64,000 nucleotides of DNA, from the NCBI GenBank assembly GCA_013239625.1, contig MU053487.1:2749058-2813057 (forward strand). The letters run 5' to 3'. This DNA comes from Lama guanicoe (taxonomy: Eukaryota). A program made the translations under genes and the position numbers. Positions 50,817 through 63,925 of the stretch are shown here, piece by piece. The first letter of the stretch is position 1. Every line of letters starts with the position of its first letter. The notes under the pieces were generated by a model. The model was not told the origin of the DNA. It did not search any database and was given only the letters and a program-made list of their open reading frames with translations.

Positions 50817-53779
50817 TTCCAGAGGGCTGTTTCTTCTCATGGGAAACCTCTCCTCTGAGCCCCAAGGGTTATGTGAATCCGTGAGCTCGCAGAGTCTCCC
50901 TGTCGCCCTCCAAGATCCTCAGCAGGATTTGGGTCTCCTGTGTTTGGGAGATGCTATAACACATGCTTGTTTTCAGAAGCCTTTTTTGTTTACGGGTAAT
51001 TGCTTGGCCATCTTGGTGTTTCACCACTCTCTGTGTGGTGAGATTAATAAAGTGATGCTGAGAAGGCTGTCTGCAGAGAGGCACGTACCCTCCACCATCC
51101 CCCGCACTTTGTGCTGCTCCGAGCTCCAGTCCCTCTTGTCCTCTCCCTGGGACACAGCGAGTTCCAAGCGGAGCATTTGTCGTTTCCAACTCTTGGTGTT
51201 TAATCCTGTCTCCACTGGCCTAGACACTTGAAAGTCAGTGGTTTCTTGGCACCTGCCCGCTTCTTGGTCTGAGTGAGAAATTTCTGAGGGACGGTGATCA
51301 CAGTGCAGGTGCCCGCGCCACAGCAAGGCCACGTGAACTCCCAGTGTGTGCCCACTTCCTTAAGTACACGAGTGTTTTCAGGAGGCCTTTGCTGAGTGAC
51401 TAGTGGGTAGCTGGTCGAGCCAGCAGTGCTCCCCAGAACCGCAGGAACTCCTGGTCTCGAGGTCAGAAGTCTGGCAGCTCATTTGCCTGTAGGCAGAGAA
51501 GCTGAAGGTTACACTGGAGCAGATGGGGAGGCATTGTAAAGACAAAAACTTGGGAGCATTGTTCCTTGCAGCCTATAGGTGAGGAGAGGAAGGTGGACAG
51601 TTTGCCCAAGCTTGATGGTAGAATGGATGTTGGCTGTGAATGGTGTCTCATTTTCTCCCGTTCTGGAATTTGGTGTCTGGGCAAGTCCTGCCCTTCAGAT
51701 GAAAAGTACCAGCATTTGGGGGAGTGATCCATATTCTACACAGCAAAAGACACTTGAAAGATGACAGATGAATGTTTGATGCAGGGCAGCTTAGTTTGTT
51801 GCATGCCCTAGATTTAGTATTTAACTTTTCTAGGGAAGAAAGGGGTTAAAATGTCTGGTGCATTGAATCTGGCAGAAACAGTATCACTTCCCAGGGGCAG
51901 CCCAGACCTGGGAGTGATGTCAGGGCAGCCCGGGCCCCAGCAGACATGGTCTTGTGAAAGGATGCCTGGTCCTTTTTTAGAAAGTGAAGGTTAACAGGGA
52001 CCATCTTTAATTTGGGGGTAGCCCTGTTTCACCATTGGAGATCCTTCCTCAAAGCTATTTTTGTTCCTGCTGGGATGGCCAGGATGAGAAAGCCAAGCAG
52101 GGATTTTCAGTTACAGGTAATTATCTGAATTACAGCCCTAGCTTTTTCTCCTCCGCACATCTTTGCTTACACCCTGGGTGTGAGCTGATCTGCTTATAAA
52201 CACGTGGTTTGCGTGTGTGTGGGAGTATCTGTGGGCTTTTTATAGCTATGTTTCCAGAATATGCTTTTAAAGATTATGGTCAAATTTGCCTTGATTGGGG
52301 AGGGTAGCGACTTATCATAAAAGCCTCAGCCATTTCTGTTTCCCTTTCCAATATAAAAAGTGTTATTAATTTATCCACTGGAAAGGTTAAGATCAAAGAA
52401 ATAATAAATGCAGCACAAGTCCTATTTCAAGAACATAAAATTCAGCTGTTTCTATTAAAAGAAAAGGGGTTGGGATAATTATGTCTTTGAAGGTGAACAC
52501 CACAAAGTGTCAACTATTTTTTTCTTTTTCTTTTCTGTCCTTTATTTTTTTAGTGGTTATATGGGATATCAATGCAAAAATGCAAAAAGGCTGACATTTA
52601 GTGGAAAAGGGGCCAACCAATTAAGACTTAACAAAACAAACAAAAACTTGTTCATCCTCATTGGCTCTAGTTACGTCAGGAATGCTGGTTCACGGACTCT
52701 AGATAATTCAGTGGAACCGTGTGACTCATTTTTAAACAAGTTTGTCCTTGGGGCCCCAGATGGTCCAGTGGCACTTCTGAATCACTGTGGACAAGCTTGC
52801 CCTTGGTACAAATTGTGCTGCATTTAAAGTTCCTGGAGACACTTCCCTAGTCCAGTAAAAGACCTTTACTGGACTTTTCAGTGGCATGATGTTGAAGACA
52901 TAAATACCATTTTATGTAGTTAGCCAGACCACTCTTTTATGATGTGTTTTACAACTCTAGAAGATTTTTGTTTGTTTGTTTCTTTGAGGTTCTCTTTGAA
53001 ACTTCAGATTATGGTAGTCCTTGAAGTGGAGGCTCTAAGTCCCAGTGTTATCCATCCCAGAGGGAAGGCAGGGGGACCTGGGGAGAAAGATGGACCTCAG
53101 AGATGCAAGTTCCTGGGACAAGGGTCTGGCATTTTGTTTGGAAGGGACTCTGCCCTCCCTATCACGCAGCCCTAAAATGCAAGTCAATGTCCTCTAAATT
53201 TGTGACACCCCTAAAGTAAGTGATACCACACCCTTACTTTTCATCCACTGTGTAAAAAGTTCTTGACCAGAATCACATGATGAGTCCTTTTCCCATCCCT
53301 CCGAGAGATGGGATGTGCCCCATGCTTTTCTGTCTCTTCCATCCAGAATGTCCACACAGTTCCCCTCTCTCACACACCCTGCTCTCCTCTCCCGCCTGCT
53401 TACATACCTTCTCCTGTCAGATCCTTCACCTACCCTTTAATTTGATTGGGAAGGGTTTCTTTCCCCTTCCTATACATTTTCATAGCGCTTTATGTCTCTT
53501 TAGGTTTGTGTTAGAATTATTGGTAAACAGGTCCTGTCTCCATCTACAGAAAATCTGTCATCTCCCTCCAAGGTAAAATATCTTACTCATCTTTGTAAAC
53601 CCTACTGCACTCTGCCCTGCACAAAGGGCATTCCTAATAAGTATTTGTTGAATGACTGCATGTGAGTTGTTCAAAACCTGTATGCACACTCTTATGCCAA
53701 GGACAGTGGAAGATTTATCAAAGAATGACATGATCTCCACTTATGCCACTTGTCTGTAACCGTGCATCACAAAATATGG

Positions 53780-54272
53780 TTGTTCCAGTTAACTACTGTT
53801 GTGTAACAAATCACCCTAAACTTAATGGTGTGAACAGCTGTTTTATTGTGCTCAAAATTTCTATGGGCAAGGGATTTGGACAGGGCATATTGGGAGTAGC
53901 TCACCTCTGCTGTCTGATGCTGGGGAATCAGAGAACGGGGCGAGGGCTGGAACAGCTGGGGCTGGCACCTCCAACATGGTAGCTGGGGGGCTTAGGGGGA
54001 GCATGCGTCCTGTATGGCTGTCGGCTTCTTCCAGAGCAAGCATGCCAAGAGCACTAGGCTTATTCTGACCTGGCCTGGAAATCACAGTGCATCACTCCCA
54101 TTGTGTCATAATGGTTACGATTAAGTCCTGGGACCACCCCCCACAACCCCAGATTCCAAAGGAGGAGAATTAGACTTCACCTCTTGATGGAGGGTGTAAC
54201 AAGGTCACATTGCAGAAGGACATGTGGAGTGGGAGATGTTTTGCAACCATCTTTGGGACATACAATCTGTAA
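53780..54272 (-). mobile_element. MLT1H-like MaLR LTR
   Basis: tgttccagtt..tgtgtaacaaatcaccctaaacttaatgg..tagacttcacctcttgatggagg..caaggtcacattgcagaag..ccatctttgg..atacaatctg. Confidence 0.8.
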
Positions 54273-54539
54273 CAGTAAGTGAATGCCCAAACGAGTGGCA
54301 GTAATGGTGATTGTTACTGGGTGACAGAGAAGCACTTGGGGAAAATGTCTTGGAGGAGGGGAACTGGGATCCACCTTGAACTGTGGCTGGGGGAAGAGGA
54401 AGAGCTAAGGGTCCAAGGCAAGGTTCATAAGTATGGATGGGGAGTCTTGTTCAGAGCATGAGGAGGGACAGGGCTAGATAGGCTGACTGGGTTGAAAGGC
54501 TTGTTATATCTCCTAAATTAGATTTCAAAAATTTTCCCG

Positions 54540-55826
54540 TTTTATTGGGATATAATTGATACATAACGTTGTGTAAGTTTGCCGTGTATAGCGTGATGAT
54601 TTAACATATGTATATACTGCAAAGTGATTACCACAATAAGGTTAGTTAGCACATCCATCACCTCATATAGCTCCAATTTCTTTTTTCGTGTATAGTGAGA
54701 ACATTTAAGATCTATTCTCTTATTAATTTTCAAGTATATAATACCTTACTGTTAACTGTAGTTACCATGCTGTGCACTAGACCCCCAGAACTTAACTCAC
54801 CTTGTCACTGGAAGTTTGTACGTTTGACCCCCTTCCTCCTTCCCCCGCCCCCACCTCTGGCAACCACAGTGGCTCTGTTTTTAATTTTTTGAGGAACCTC
54901 CATACTGTTTTCCACAGTGGCTGCACCAGTTTATGTTCCTACCAGCAGTGTAGGACAGTTCCCTTCTTCACATCCTCACCAACTTCTCTCTTGTCTTTTT
55001 GATAATAGCTGTTCTGACAGCTGTGAGGTGATATCTCATTGTGGTTTTGAGTTAAACTTCCCTGGTGAGTGATTTTGAACATCTTTTCGTGAACACCTTT
55101 TGGCTATCTGTGTATCTTCTTTGGAAAAATGTCTGCTCAGGTCCTTGGCCCATTTTTAAGTCAGGTTATTTGTTTTTCTGCTGTTCAGTTGTACGACTTC
55201 CTTATATATTTTGGATATTAACCCCTTACTAGATATATGGTTCGGAAATATTTTCTCCCACTCAGTACATTATCTGTTCGTTTTGTTGGTAATTTCTTTG
55301 GATGTGCAGAAGCTTTTTAGACTGCAGTAGTACTGCTTGTTTGTTTTTGCTTATGTTGTTTGTACTTTTAGTGCCACATCCAAAAAAATCATTGCCAAGA
55401 TCAGTGTCAGAAAGCTTTTCAGAGTTTTATGGTTTCAGGTCTTAAATTTAAATCTTTAATCCATTTTGAGTTAATTTTTTTGAGTGATAGTGGAATCCAA
55501 TTTCATTCTTTTGCATATGGATATCTAGTCTTCCCAACTACATTTACTGAAGGGACATTTCCACCGTTGAATATTCTTGCCCTTGTTGTCAAATATTAGT
55601 TGGCCAATTAGTTGTCAAATACTAGCATAGGTTTGGGTTTATTTCTGAGCAGTTCTGATCCATTGGTCTGTGTGTCTGTTTTTATGCCAGTAATGACTAC
55701 TTAGATTATTACAGCTTTGTAGTGTACTTTGAAATCAGAAAGTATGATGACTCCAACTTTGTTTTTCTTTCTTAGGATTGCTTTGGCTGTTTGGAGTTCT
55801 TTGTGATTCCATATGAATTTTAGGAG
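54540..55826 (-). mobile_element. L1MA8/9-like LINE-1: 3'UTR plus decayed ORF2 with internal deletions
   Basis: ttttattgggatataattgatacataac..gaggaacctccatactgttttccacagtggctgcacca..ttccatatgaattttagga. Confidence 0.9.
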
Positions 55827-57564
55827 TTTCACCATTTGGGGAAAAAATATCTGTGGTGAGATTATGCCAGTTAACCTATAAAAGTATGTGGCCCAGTCTT
55901 GGGCGATGATGATTGATCAGTGTTAGTTGAATTCAAATGTGACAGGTGCCAGTACTAAAGAGATCGAAAGGAAAAGTGACCTCACTCAGAGCATCTGTTG
56001 GCCAGTGTTCCCTCCCTTTCCCACGAACAAGAACCGGGTGTCTGTCTCTTTTTATTACTGGATTAAGATCCCACAGTATCCAGTAAACCCAAAAGCTCTA
56101 GCTCAGAGGTATATTAAATGGTATCTATTAAGTCGTTTAATAAGGTTTTCGTGGATAGCTATGACATTGCTTCTTTTGGTGCTTACAGATGTTTAAAATA
56201 GCAAAGGTTAAGGACAGAAGATTTGAAAAGACAGGCAGTAAGGAAGGGTGATATCGAAACACTGAAAGGAAGTCATGGTAGAGCCAAGAGGTGACGGTTC
56301 AGGTAAATGTTTAGTAAGAGGTTTATGCGTGTGTCACACACTAACTGTGGGTGTAGGATCCGTCTGGGAAGGAAAGCTGCCTTTCTCAGCGGGGTGATCT
56401 CCAATTCACCAGTGCCTTCCTTTGGGGGGTTGATGTCCATTTCAGTTCACATACATCTCAGGAAATGTTTATTGAGTGTCTGCTCTGTCTTCCGTGCCCT
56501 GGGACCATGGCCTCTGTTCCCAAACAGTTCAGTCTAGTTTGGGGGGTGGGAGGGGACATGTTAACCAATAAATGCCATGTGTTGCTTTAGATGTCATCTC
56601 AGAAGGACAAGGAACAGTGGGGGCTGGAGGAGTGAGATATCCCCTGGGGGAGTCGGGGAAACATGAGATTCCAGAAGAGATTGCATGGTCTGGAATGCCT
56701 GTGGGGGTCTGGGGAGATGAGGAGAGGAAAGGGGTAGGGTGTCCATTGGATTGAGCAACATGGCAGCCGTTGCTGATCTTTGCCAAAACCAGTGGAAACA
56801 GAGTGGCCAGGAGGAGAATGGAATAGACCAAAGAGTGAAGGAGTTTTAATGAAATCCACTGGAATTTTAATGACCTTGTTTTATCACAGGTTTAAAAGGA
56901 GCTACTTTCTTCTCTTGCTAATGAAGTGAATGAAGCTAAGCTGCTGATCATTCAAAGCAACTGTACTGGCTCAGTTCTCCCCTAAACTGGGCACATAGGC
57001 CCGCTGTGGTTTGAGGCGCTTGGAAATCTTGTGGGGTCGGTATTTTGACTCTCTTCTTCATCTGAGTCACGGTTCAGGGTTTTCACATACCACCGAGGTC
57101 CAGGGCAAGCTTCTCAGCTTTCTAGGTACCCTCTCAGGGCTCATGAAGCAGCAGGCCTGCCCTGGAGAGGTCAAGATTCTTTTTGTAAAAGCAGTGAACT
57201 CTACATGCAGCCCAGAGAGCCCCCTCTCACCACCCTGCCCCTCCTGTGCGCTCACACAGGGAACCAGATGCTTTCATGTAACTCCCAGCATCGCAGCTGC
57301 TCTGTGGTACCCTGGCCCAAAATACCTATCCAGGACCAAATTCTTAAAACCCTGGGAGCCCTGGGGTGATTTTGAGCTCAGGCCTTGAACCTGTCATAAA
57401 ATGTAATGGACGGTATATTTTTAACTGCTGAGACCGGTGAGTTCATATATCCTGTGAGGACTGAAACAACACATTTCTTTCTACAGTTTTTGAAGCATAT
57501 TTTGAAGCATTTCAGAAACCACAGGATGGTCTCTCTCGTTGTATGGTTTCCTGCTAAGACAAAA

Positions 57565-58583
57565 GTCCTTGATTGTTTTTATGTGTGGACCCCTTTGGCA
57601 GTTGGGGGAAGCCTACAGACCCCTTCTCAGAATAATGTTTTTAAGTGCATATGATAAAATACACCGAATTATAAAGAAACCAATTATACTGACATTCAGC
57701 TATCAAAATACTAAAAAGAAAACCCACATTTATGGTATAGTGATATACCTGCCTTTTCATTAATGCATTAAATAATGAGATCTTTTGAAGCATGAAGGAG
57801 CATAAACAATATTTTGAGGACTCTACAACTGTAATAAGACATGAAAAGGTGTCAGATTTCTATAGGAGGCAGTTACAGCTCTGTCTGATACTTCTGTGAT
57901 TTGCTGCCTCTATTTATTTATTTATTGAAGTCTGGTTAATTTACAATGTTGTGCTAGTTTCAGGTGTACAGCAAAGTGATTCAGTTATACATACATATTC
58001 TTTTTCTGATTCTTTTCCATTGTAGTTTATTATAAGATACTGAATATAGTTCCCTGTGCTATTCAGTAGGTCCTTATTGTTTATCTGTTTCGTGTAATAG
58101 TTTGTCTAGGTTAATACCAAACTTCTAATTTATCCCTTCCTGCTCCCTGGCCTTTCCCCTTTGGGAACCATAAGTTTGTTTTCTGTGTCTGTGTGTCTCT
58201 TTCTGTTTTGTAATTAAGTTCATTTTGTATTGTTTTTCAGATTCTACATATAAGTGATATCATATGATATTTGTCTTTTTCTGTCTGACTTGCTTCACTT
58301 CGTGTGATAATCTCTAGGTCCTTCCATGTTGTTGTAAATGGCATTATTTCATTCTTTTTTAATGGCTGAGTAGTATTCCATTCTATCTATATATACCACA
58401 TCTTCTTTATCCAGTCATTTGTTGATGGACATTTAGGTTGCTTCCATGTCTTCGCTGCCTACGTTTACAACAAGAGGAAATGCTAAATTTCAGAGAGAAG
58501 TTAATAAAAAATAAAGACATGTATATTTTTCTCCATCCCAATTCACAAACCCCCTGAATTTTCTTTTAGGTAAAGAACCCCTG
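57565..58583. mobile_element. MER119-like hAT-Charlie element split by an L1
   Basis: ggacccctttggcag..gaagcctacagaccccttctcagaataatgttttt; resumes ggaaatgctaaatttcag..aggtaaagaacccctg. Confidence 0.7.
57911..58450 (-). mobile_element. 5'-truncated LINE-1 3' end inserted in the MER119-like element
   Basis: (ttta)n tail; ttacaatgttgtgctagtttcaggtgtacagcaaagtgattcagttatac..gatggacatttaggttgcttccatgtc; TSD tttgctgcct (57900-57909) / ttcgctgcct (58451-58460). Confidence 0.9.
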
Positions 58584-59096
58584 GTTTAAGATACAATTTT
58601 GGTTGAAAGTAGTAAAACAAGCAAAAAGGTGTATGGTTTATGTGACCCGCAGCAGTAGGTCATCACCTGTTCAGGGCTGAGAAGCTCATCTGTGCACAGG
58701 CCCAGTCCCAGCCCTTTGATCACTTTGCCTTTTGTAAAGTTCGGTGCCTTATGTACAAGAGACAAAGGTGCTCTGTGAGCAGCTCTGAAAAAGGGGGAAA
58801 AAAAAGGTTTACCTTGAGGAGGCCTGGAGCTGATCTGTGTCTTTAATGCATGGAGTGCTTGCTCTGGTCTTTTTGAGAATAAATTTTAAAAAGGGCACAG
58901 TAAAACCCTGAGCTGAGGGGATTGGAGAAGACTGGTTGGAATGATAGTCCACGTACCATCCCCACACTTGGCCACTGTTGATGTGTATCTGCTCGTAGTT
59001 TGCAGACACAAGTTCTGGGTCATCCCTGGCCCTTTATCCAGCTTTTCTCACCTCTTTAAGGGGATTGCAACCAACAAATTCATTGTGGAATTTATT

Positions 59097-60052
59097 ATGT
59101 GGTCTCTTGCATCCGGTTCCCCAGAAGCAGAATCCGAGCTGGGGATTCCTGCCAGAGATTTACTGGGGGGAGTGCTCTCAGAAGGGAGGGAAACAGAGGG
59201 AGGCAGAGAAGAAAGTGAGGAAGGATGTGGTCTCAGGAAAAGTATAGCCTCAGCCTGATCCCATGAGGGAGCTTTGGAGTGTGAATCACCCCAGAGCTTC
59301 TCCACCCAGAGCCCAGCTGGATGGCCTGTCAGACCACTGCCGCAGCCAGCCAGGGGACTGGAGCACATACTAGTTTTCTATGCTGCATAAAAAAAAAAAT
59401 ACATATTTAGTAGTTTAAAACAATGCCCATGTATTTTCTCACAGTTTTTGTGGGTCAGGAGTCAGCACGGCCCCCTGGGCCCCCGGCTCAGGCCCTCAGA
59501 GCTACGATCCAGGTGTCGGCCGGGTCTCATCTGAGGCTTAATGTCTTCTTCCAGGCTCGCGTGGTTGGTGGCTGAATTTCCTATCATTGCAGCTGGCTTC
59601 TTCAAGGTCAGCAGGAAGAGGGTCCCTCCTGCCTCGGGTCTCTTAGCTCAGGGAAGAACTAAGCCTTCTTTTAAAGGGTTCCCCTGAGTGAGCCCACCCA
59701 GATACTCTCCCTTTTGAAAAACTCAAATTCAGCTGACTTGAGACCTTTACATCTGCAGAATCCCTTCACCATTGCCATGTAATGCAACATAATACAAATG
59801 ATGTGTATCCTATTTACAGCCCTTCCCACACTTGAGGGGTGCATTATACAAGAGCTGGGGCGTTGGGGATCATCTTAACAATTCTGCCTATCAGAAGGCA
59901 TCACAGGCAGGCATCTCCTGTCAGCCAAGGGCAGTCCTCCCGAGGAGGTCTTAGATGTGAGCAGTGGTAGCCAATGCCTAGAGCAGCTGTGGGAGGGGCT
60001 GCACCAGCTGGTGAAGGGCACCTGGGCAGGACACTCAGAGCATCTGCTCCAC
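59097..60052 (-). mobile_element. LTR16A-like ERVL LTR (59097-59365 and 59895-60052), interrupted
   Basis: ggttccccagaagcaga..gggagtgctctcag..agcctcagcctgatccca..; resumes caagggcagtcctcc..agcatctgctccaca. Confidence 0.7.
59368..59893 (-). mobile_element. MLT1E-like MaLR LTR nested in the LTR16A-like element
   Basis: tagttttctatgctgcataa..ctcacagtttttgtgggtcaggagtc..ctcccttttgaaaactcaaa..catctgcagaatcccttcacc..attctgccta. Confidence 0.75.
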
Positions 60053-60174
60053 ATGGGGCTCTCCTGACATCTGTAGTGGATGGAATGGAAACTCCTTAAT
60101 GGAAACTGCTGGCTTCAGTAGTAATCCAAGTTTAATGACGGACATGTGGTAACATGAAGATGCAGAAAACTTTT

Positions 60175-61007
60175 GTGTTTATTGAAGTATAGTTGATTTA
60201 CAATGTTGTGTTAGTTTCTGGTGTACAGCACAGTGATTCAGTTATACATAGGTATTTTTCATATCCTTTCTCATTACAGGTTATTACGAACTGTTGAATA
60301 TAGTTCCCTGTAGTATACAGTAGGACCTTGTTGTTTATTCTGTATATAGTAGTTTGTATCTGCTAATCCCAGACTCCTGATTTATCCCTTCTTCCATCCC
60401 AGCCTTTCCCCTTTGGTAACCATAAGCTTGCTTTCTAAATCTGTGAGTCTGTTTCTGTTTTGTAAATAAGTTCATTTGTGTCATTTTTTAAGATTCCATA
60501 TATAAGTAACATCATATGGTATTTGTCTTTCTGTCTGATTTACTTCACTTGGTGTGTTAATCTCTAGGTCCATCCATGTTGCTGCAAATGGCAACATTTC
60601 ATTCTTTTTATGGCTGAATAGTATTCCATTGTGTATAAGTACAATGAGGTATCACCTCACACCAGTCAGAGTGGCCATCATTCAAAAGTCCACAAATGAT
60701 AAATGCTGGAAAGGGTGCAGAGAAAAGGAAACCCTCCTACACTGCTGTTGGGAATGTAATTTGGTGCAGCCACTATGGAAAACAATATGGAGATTCCTTA
60801 ACAAACTAAAAATAGAGTTACTATATGATCCAGCAGTCCCACTCCTGGGCATATGTCTGGAGAACACGCCAATGCGAAAAGATACGTGTGCCTCAGTATT
60901 CATAGCAGCACTGTTTACAATAGCCAAGACATGGGAGCAGCCTAAATGTCCATTGACAGATGACTGGACAAAGAAGTTGTGTTATATTTATACAACGGAA
61001 TCCTACT
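60175..61007 (-). mobile_element. LINE-1 with 5' inversion: 60175-60637 is the L1 3' end on -, 60638-61010 is an ORF2 segment on +
   Basis: Orientation switch at ~60637/8; + segment encodes [27 protein letters not shown] (ORF2 Cys-rich domain); TSD cagaaaactttt (60163-60174) / cagaatactttt (61008-61019). Confidence 0.92.
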
Positions 61008-61614
61008 CAGAATACTTTTTGACATGATGCTTTAAAACAGTAATTTTTTAAAACCACTGTCAGACCCAACTAATAATAAGTATTTATAGCATCACTACAG
61101 TCTTAAAGAAATACAGGTCAAAGCTAATGTGGAGTGAGCTGCCTTGGGAATCTGATTGCTGCCCCACCCCCACCCCCTTGTTGTTCGATCTCACACTGTG
61201 AGGGGTGAGACGAGCATGAGGACACATCATCACACAATACATCACACACCCAGGGTTGGTCATGTGGGCCAGATGCTGATTGGAAGCATCTCCTGGGAGC
61301 TCTCAGGGCTGGATTGGTTGTTTTCGAGACCTTTTGCAGCTATCATAATGCTGCATTCTCTACCACATTCCTCTCCCAGTAAGAGGTTGGGATTCACAGG
61401 CTCCACAGGGCTGTGGGCATCCCTCCTCACCTCGGTTCAAAGGCTTCCCTGGCCACAGCCTCCCTCTCTGATCCCTGCTGCATTCACACCCCTTCACAGA
61501 GTCTAGGGGTGCAGGATGATGATCTGTGATTGGGGCATGCCAAGGGGTTCAGGGTAGGATGTTGAGCAAGCAGGGGCTCTGTCTCTCTTTACTTCCAGGT
61601 CCATGTGTGATCTG

Positions 61615-61652
61615 TGTAGTGTGTAGTGTGTGTATGTGTGTGTGTGTGTATA
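61615..61652. repeat. Imperfect (TG)n microsatellite
   Basis: gtagtgtgtagtgtgtgtatgtgtgtgtgtgtgtata. Confidence 0.8.
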
Positions 61653-61699
61653 TAAGTATGTATTTCTGCTGCCACAGGCTTTGTAACACTGAGTTACTG

Positions 61700-62080
61700 T
61701 GTGAGCTCGGGTTCCCTGGGCACAGAGCTTGAGATCTGGGTTCACTCGCTCAGGAGTTCACTGTGGGGGTGCTCTCAGGAGAGGGAATGAGGGGGAGCAG
61801 GGTGGGGCCCAGGAAGTTGCTGAGCAAAGATGTATCAATTGGAGATGAGCCTCAACCTGATCCTACAAGGAGCTCAGGGACATGATGTACACCCAGAGTT
61901 GTCCCACTTCAAGGCAAGGGGTACCCCCTTCAGACATTACCAGTGAGGAGATGAGGTGGGGCATAAAATCTGCTGAGTGAGAGGGCTCCCATTTAACCAA
62001 GCGAATTTCTCTGTAAGAACGGTTGTGGACTGATGGAAGCAACATGCTGCTGAGGGATGGGGGCACCAGCCCCGCAAAGA
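61700..62080 (-). mobile_element. Second LTR16A-like LTR
   Basis: gggttccct..gggggtgctctcaggaga..gagcaaagatgt..agcctcaacctgatcc..cagagttgtcccacttcaaggcaagggg. Confidence 0.65.
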
Positions 62081-62394
62081 TCCCATCCTCCTCCCTTTCC
62101 ATCCTGTTAGTCCTTCAGATCACCTCTGGGCTTCTCACCATAAAGCTGGCTTTAAAAATTCATGACGGTCCCCCGTGTCCACAGAGTCATGTGCCTTCAC
62201 CTGGTTTCTGAGGTCCTGCAACCTGGTTCCAGCCCTCTCTGTCTGCAGCATGCCCCCCCCCCGCCCCGGGATCCAGCCCCACAGACCTTTGTCAAGTGGT
62301 GATGCTGATGTGATGCTGATGCAGTGGACACAGCTAGCTTTTACTGAGGACCAGGAGCTCTCCATGGTGCTTGGCATCAGGGGTCTCTAAACTT

Positions 62395-62550
62395 CACAAC
62401 AGCCATGCAGAGTTGACTCTGGCAGCCTGTTTTACATCTGAAAAGCAGGTTCAGAGAGATGAAGTGAAGTGACCAGCGTCCCACAGTCTGTAAGAGATGG
62501 AGCTGGGACTCTGTCCGACCAGGACCGTGGATGTCACAGTCCTTGCTTTC
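62395..62550 (-). mobile_element. MIR SINE
   Basis: cctgttttacatctga..aggttcagagagatgaagtga..ccacag..tggagctgggact. Confidence 0.6.
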
Positions 62551-63639
62551 CGCCTTGTCTGTTGCTGCCACTCAGACATGCAATTGTCTGTTAGCCCTCC
62601 ACATCATCTCCACCAACTGATTCCCATTCCCCCATGAGCTGCTGAATGTCTCATTTTCCTTCCAGGATCACCTCCTCTCTGAGGATCTCTTGACACTCCC
62701 AGTCCTACCCAACTCTGGGTCAGAGAGGTTCCCTCTCACCAGGTCCCCACACTTTTTATCCAGGCATTTTCTCCTCCACACCTTGGCTTTTTGCTCACTC
62801 CCTCCCTGCCTGCCTCCTCTCTGCTTCCCTTTGCCTCACGTGGTACCTGGCAGGGGCACAAGGCAACCAGGTGCTGGCTGCAGGCAGCCTAGCTGATGTT
62901 CCCCCGGAGGGCCAACCTCAGCGTCAGTGCATGACTCTTCCACTGCCGCCCACATGCAGCTGTCATCCCGGCCCTGACCTGAGCATCCTGTCCTGGCCGT
63001 TGCCCCTGCACGCTGGCCTTTCAGACAAGAGCATGTTCAGTATTGTCCAGGAGACCAGGGAGCACAAGGCAGAGCTGAGGTCTAGTTCCTGCAGCTACAG
63101 TTACCACTGTGAGCGAGCCCCACCTTTCGTTACTTCCCACATTGCTACCATGTAATGACAGCTTTCCAGGTGGGGGCTGAGGAGGAGAGACATTCTCATA
63201 ATAAATGTATTGTTCGATGCTAAGATGCAGCCCTGCTTTGGAAACTTGAAATGGAAGGTTGAGGGAAGGCCTTAGAATCAGGGAAAGACAGCAGTAAAAG
63301 AGAAAATTTTTAAGTGCCAAACTATGTCATAAGGACCTTGGGGTTGAGGAGGGGCTGTGGCCAGAGGGCTGGTGTCCTCAAGGAAAGTCCCATAAAGGAG
63401 ACAGCCTTGAGCTGGACTGTGAAGAGTGGGTAATGTTCCATGGGGACAAGGGCACTGCCGACGTCGGACCCGCAGGACCAGAGGCACAGGTGGGGTCAGC
63501 AATCAGGCCTGAGCAGATGCTCTTAGGACAGTTGTGTCCCCTTCCTCAGAAACTTGCTTTATCAGGTCAAGATGCAGAGAGTGGAGATTTCAAGGTTCTC
63601 AACTGCTCGCTGAGCCCAGTCGGTTTCCTCTCCCCACTT

Positions 63640-63925
63640 CTCCTTCGTGGAACAGGCAGAGTCCACTGAGTGGCAGCACAGAGGTCCCTGTTACCTCCGA
63701 GGATCCTAGAGCATCTGTCCTCGTGTGAGGACTCAGGCTGCCATGCCAGCTGGATGAAGGACTCGTGGCTGAGACCATTTAGCGAAGGAGAGGAGAGGAG
63801 GAAAGCCTGCCTGGGCCAGCTCTGGCCGTGTTCCTTTTGTTGGTTACATTTGGAGCATCTTCTGTGTGAGTTTGTGTTCACCTACAAATGTTGTTATTAA
63901 AGCCACCTGGGAGGTTTGAGGATGG
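63640..63925 (+). mobile_element. Probable degenerate MLT1 LTR 3' end
   Basis: aaatgttgttattaaagccac..gtttgaggatgg resembles the MLT1 LTR terminus. Confidence 0.35.

Noticed and set aside
52851..52873. Short hairpin tccagtaaaagacctttactgga, similar to 26198-26222
   Set aside because: Short and compatible with chance; no terminator logic in a mammalian context
57406..57442. ATG...ACCG|GTGAGT mini first exon (MDGIFLTAET)
   Set aside because: No promoter features nearby; strong donors occur frequently by chance
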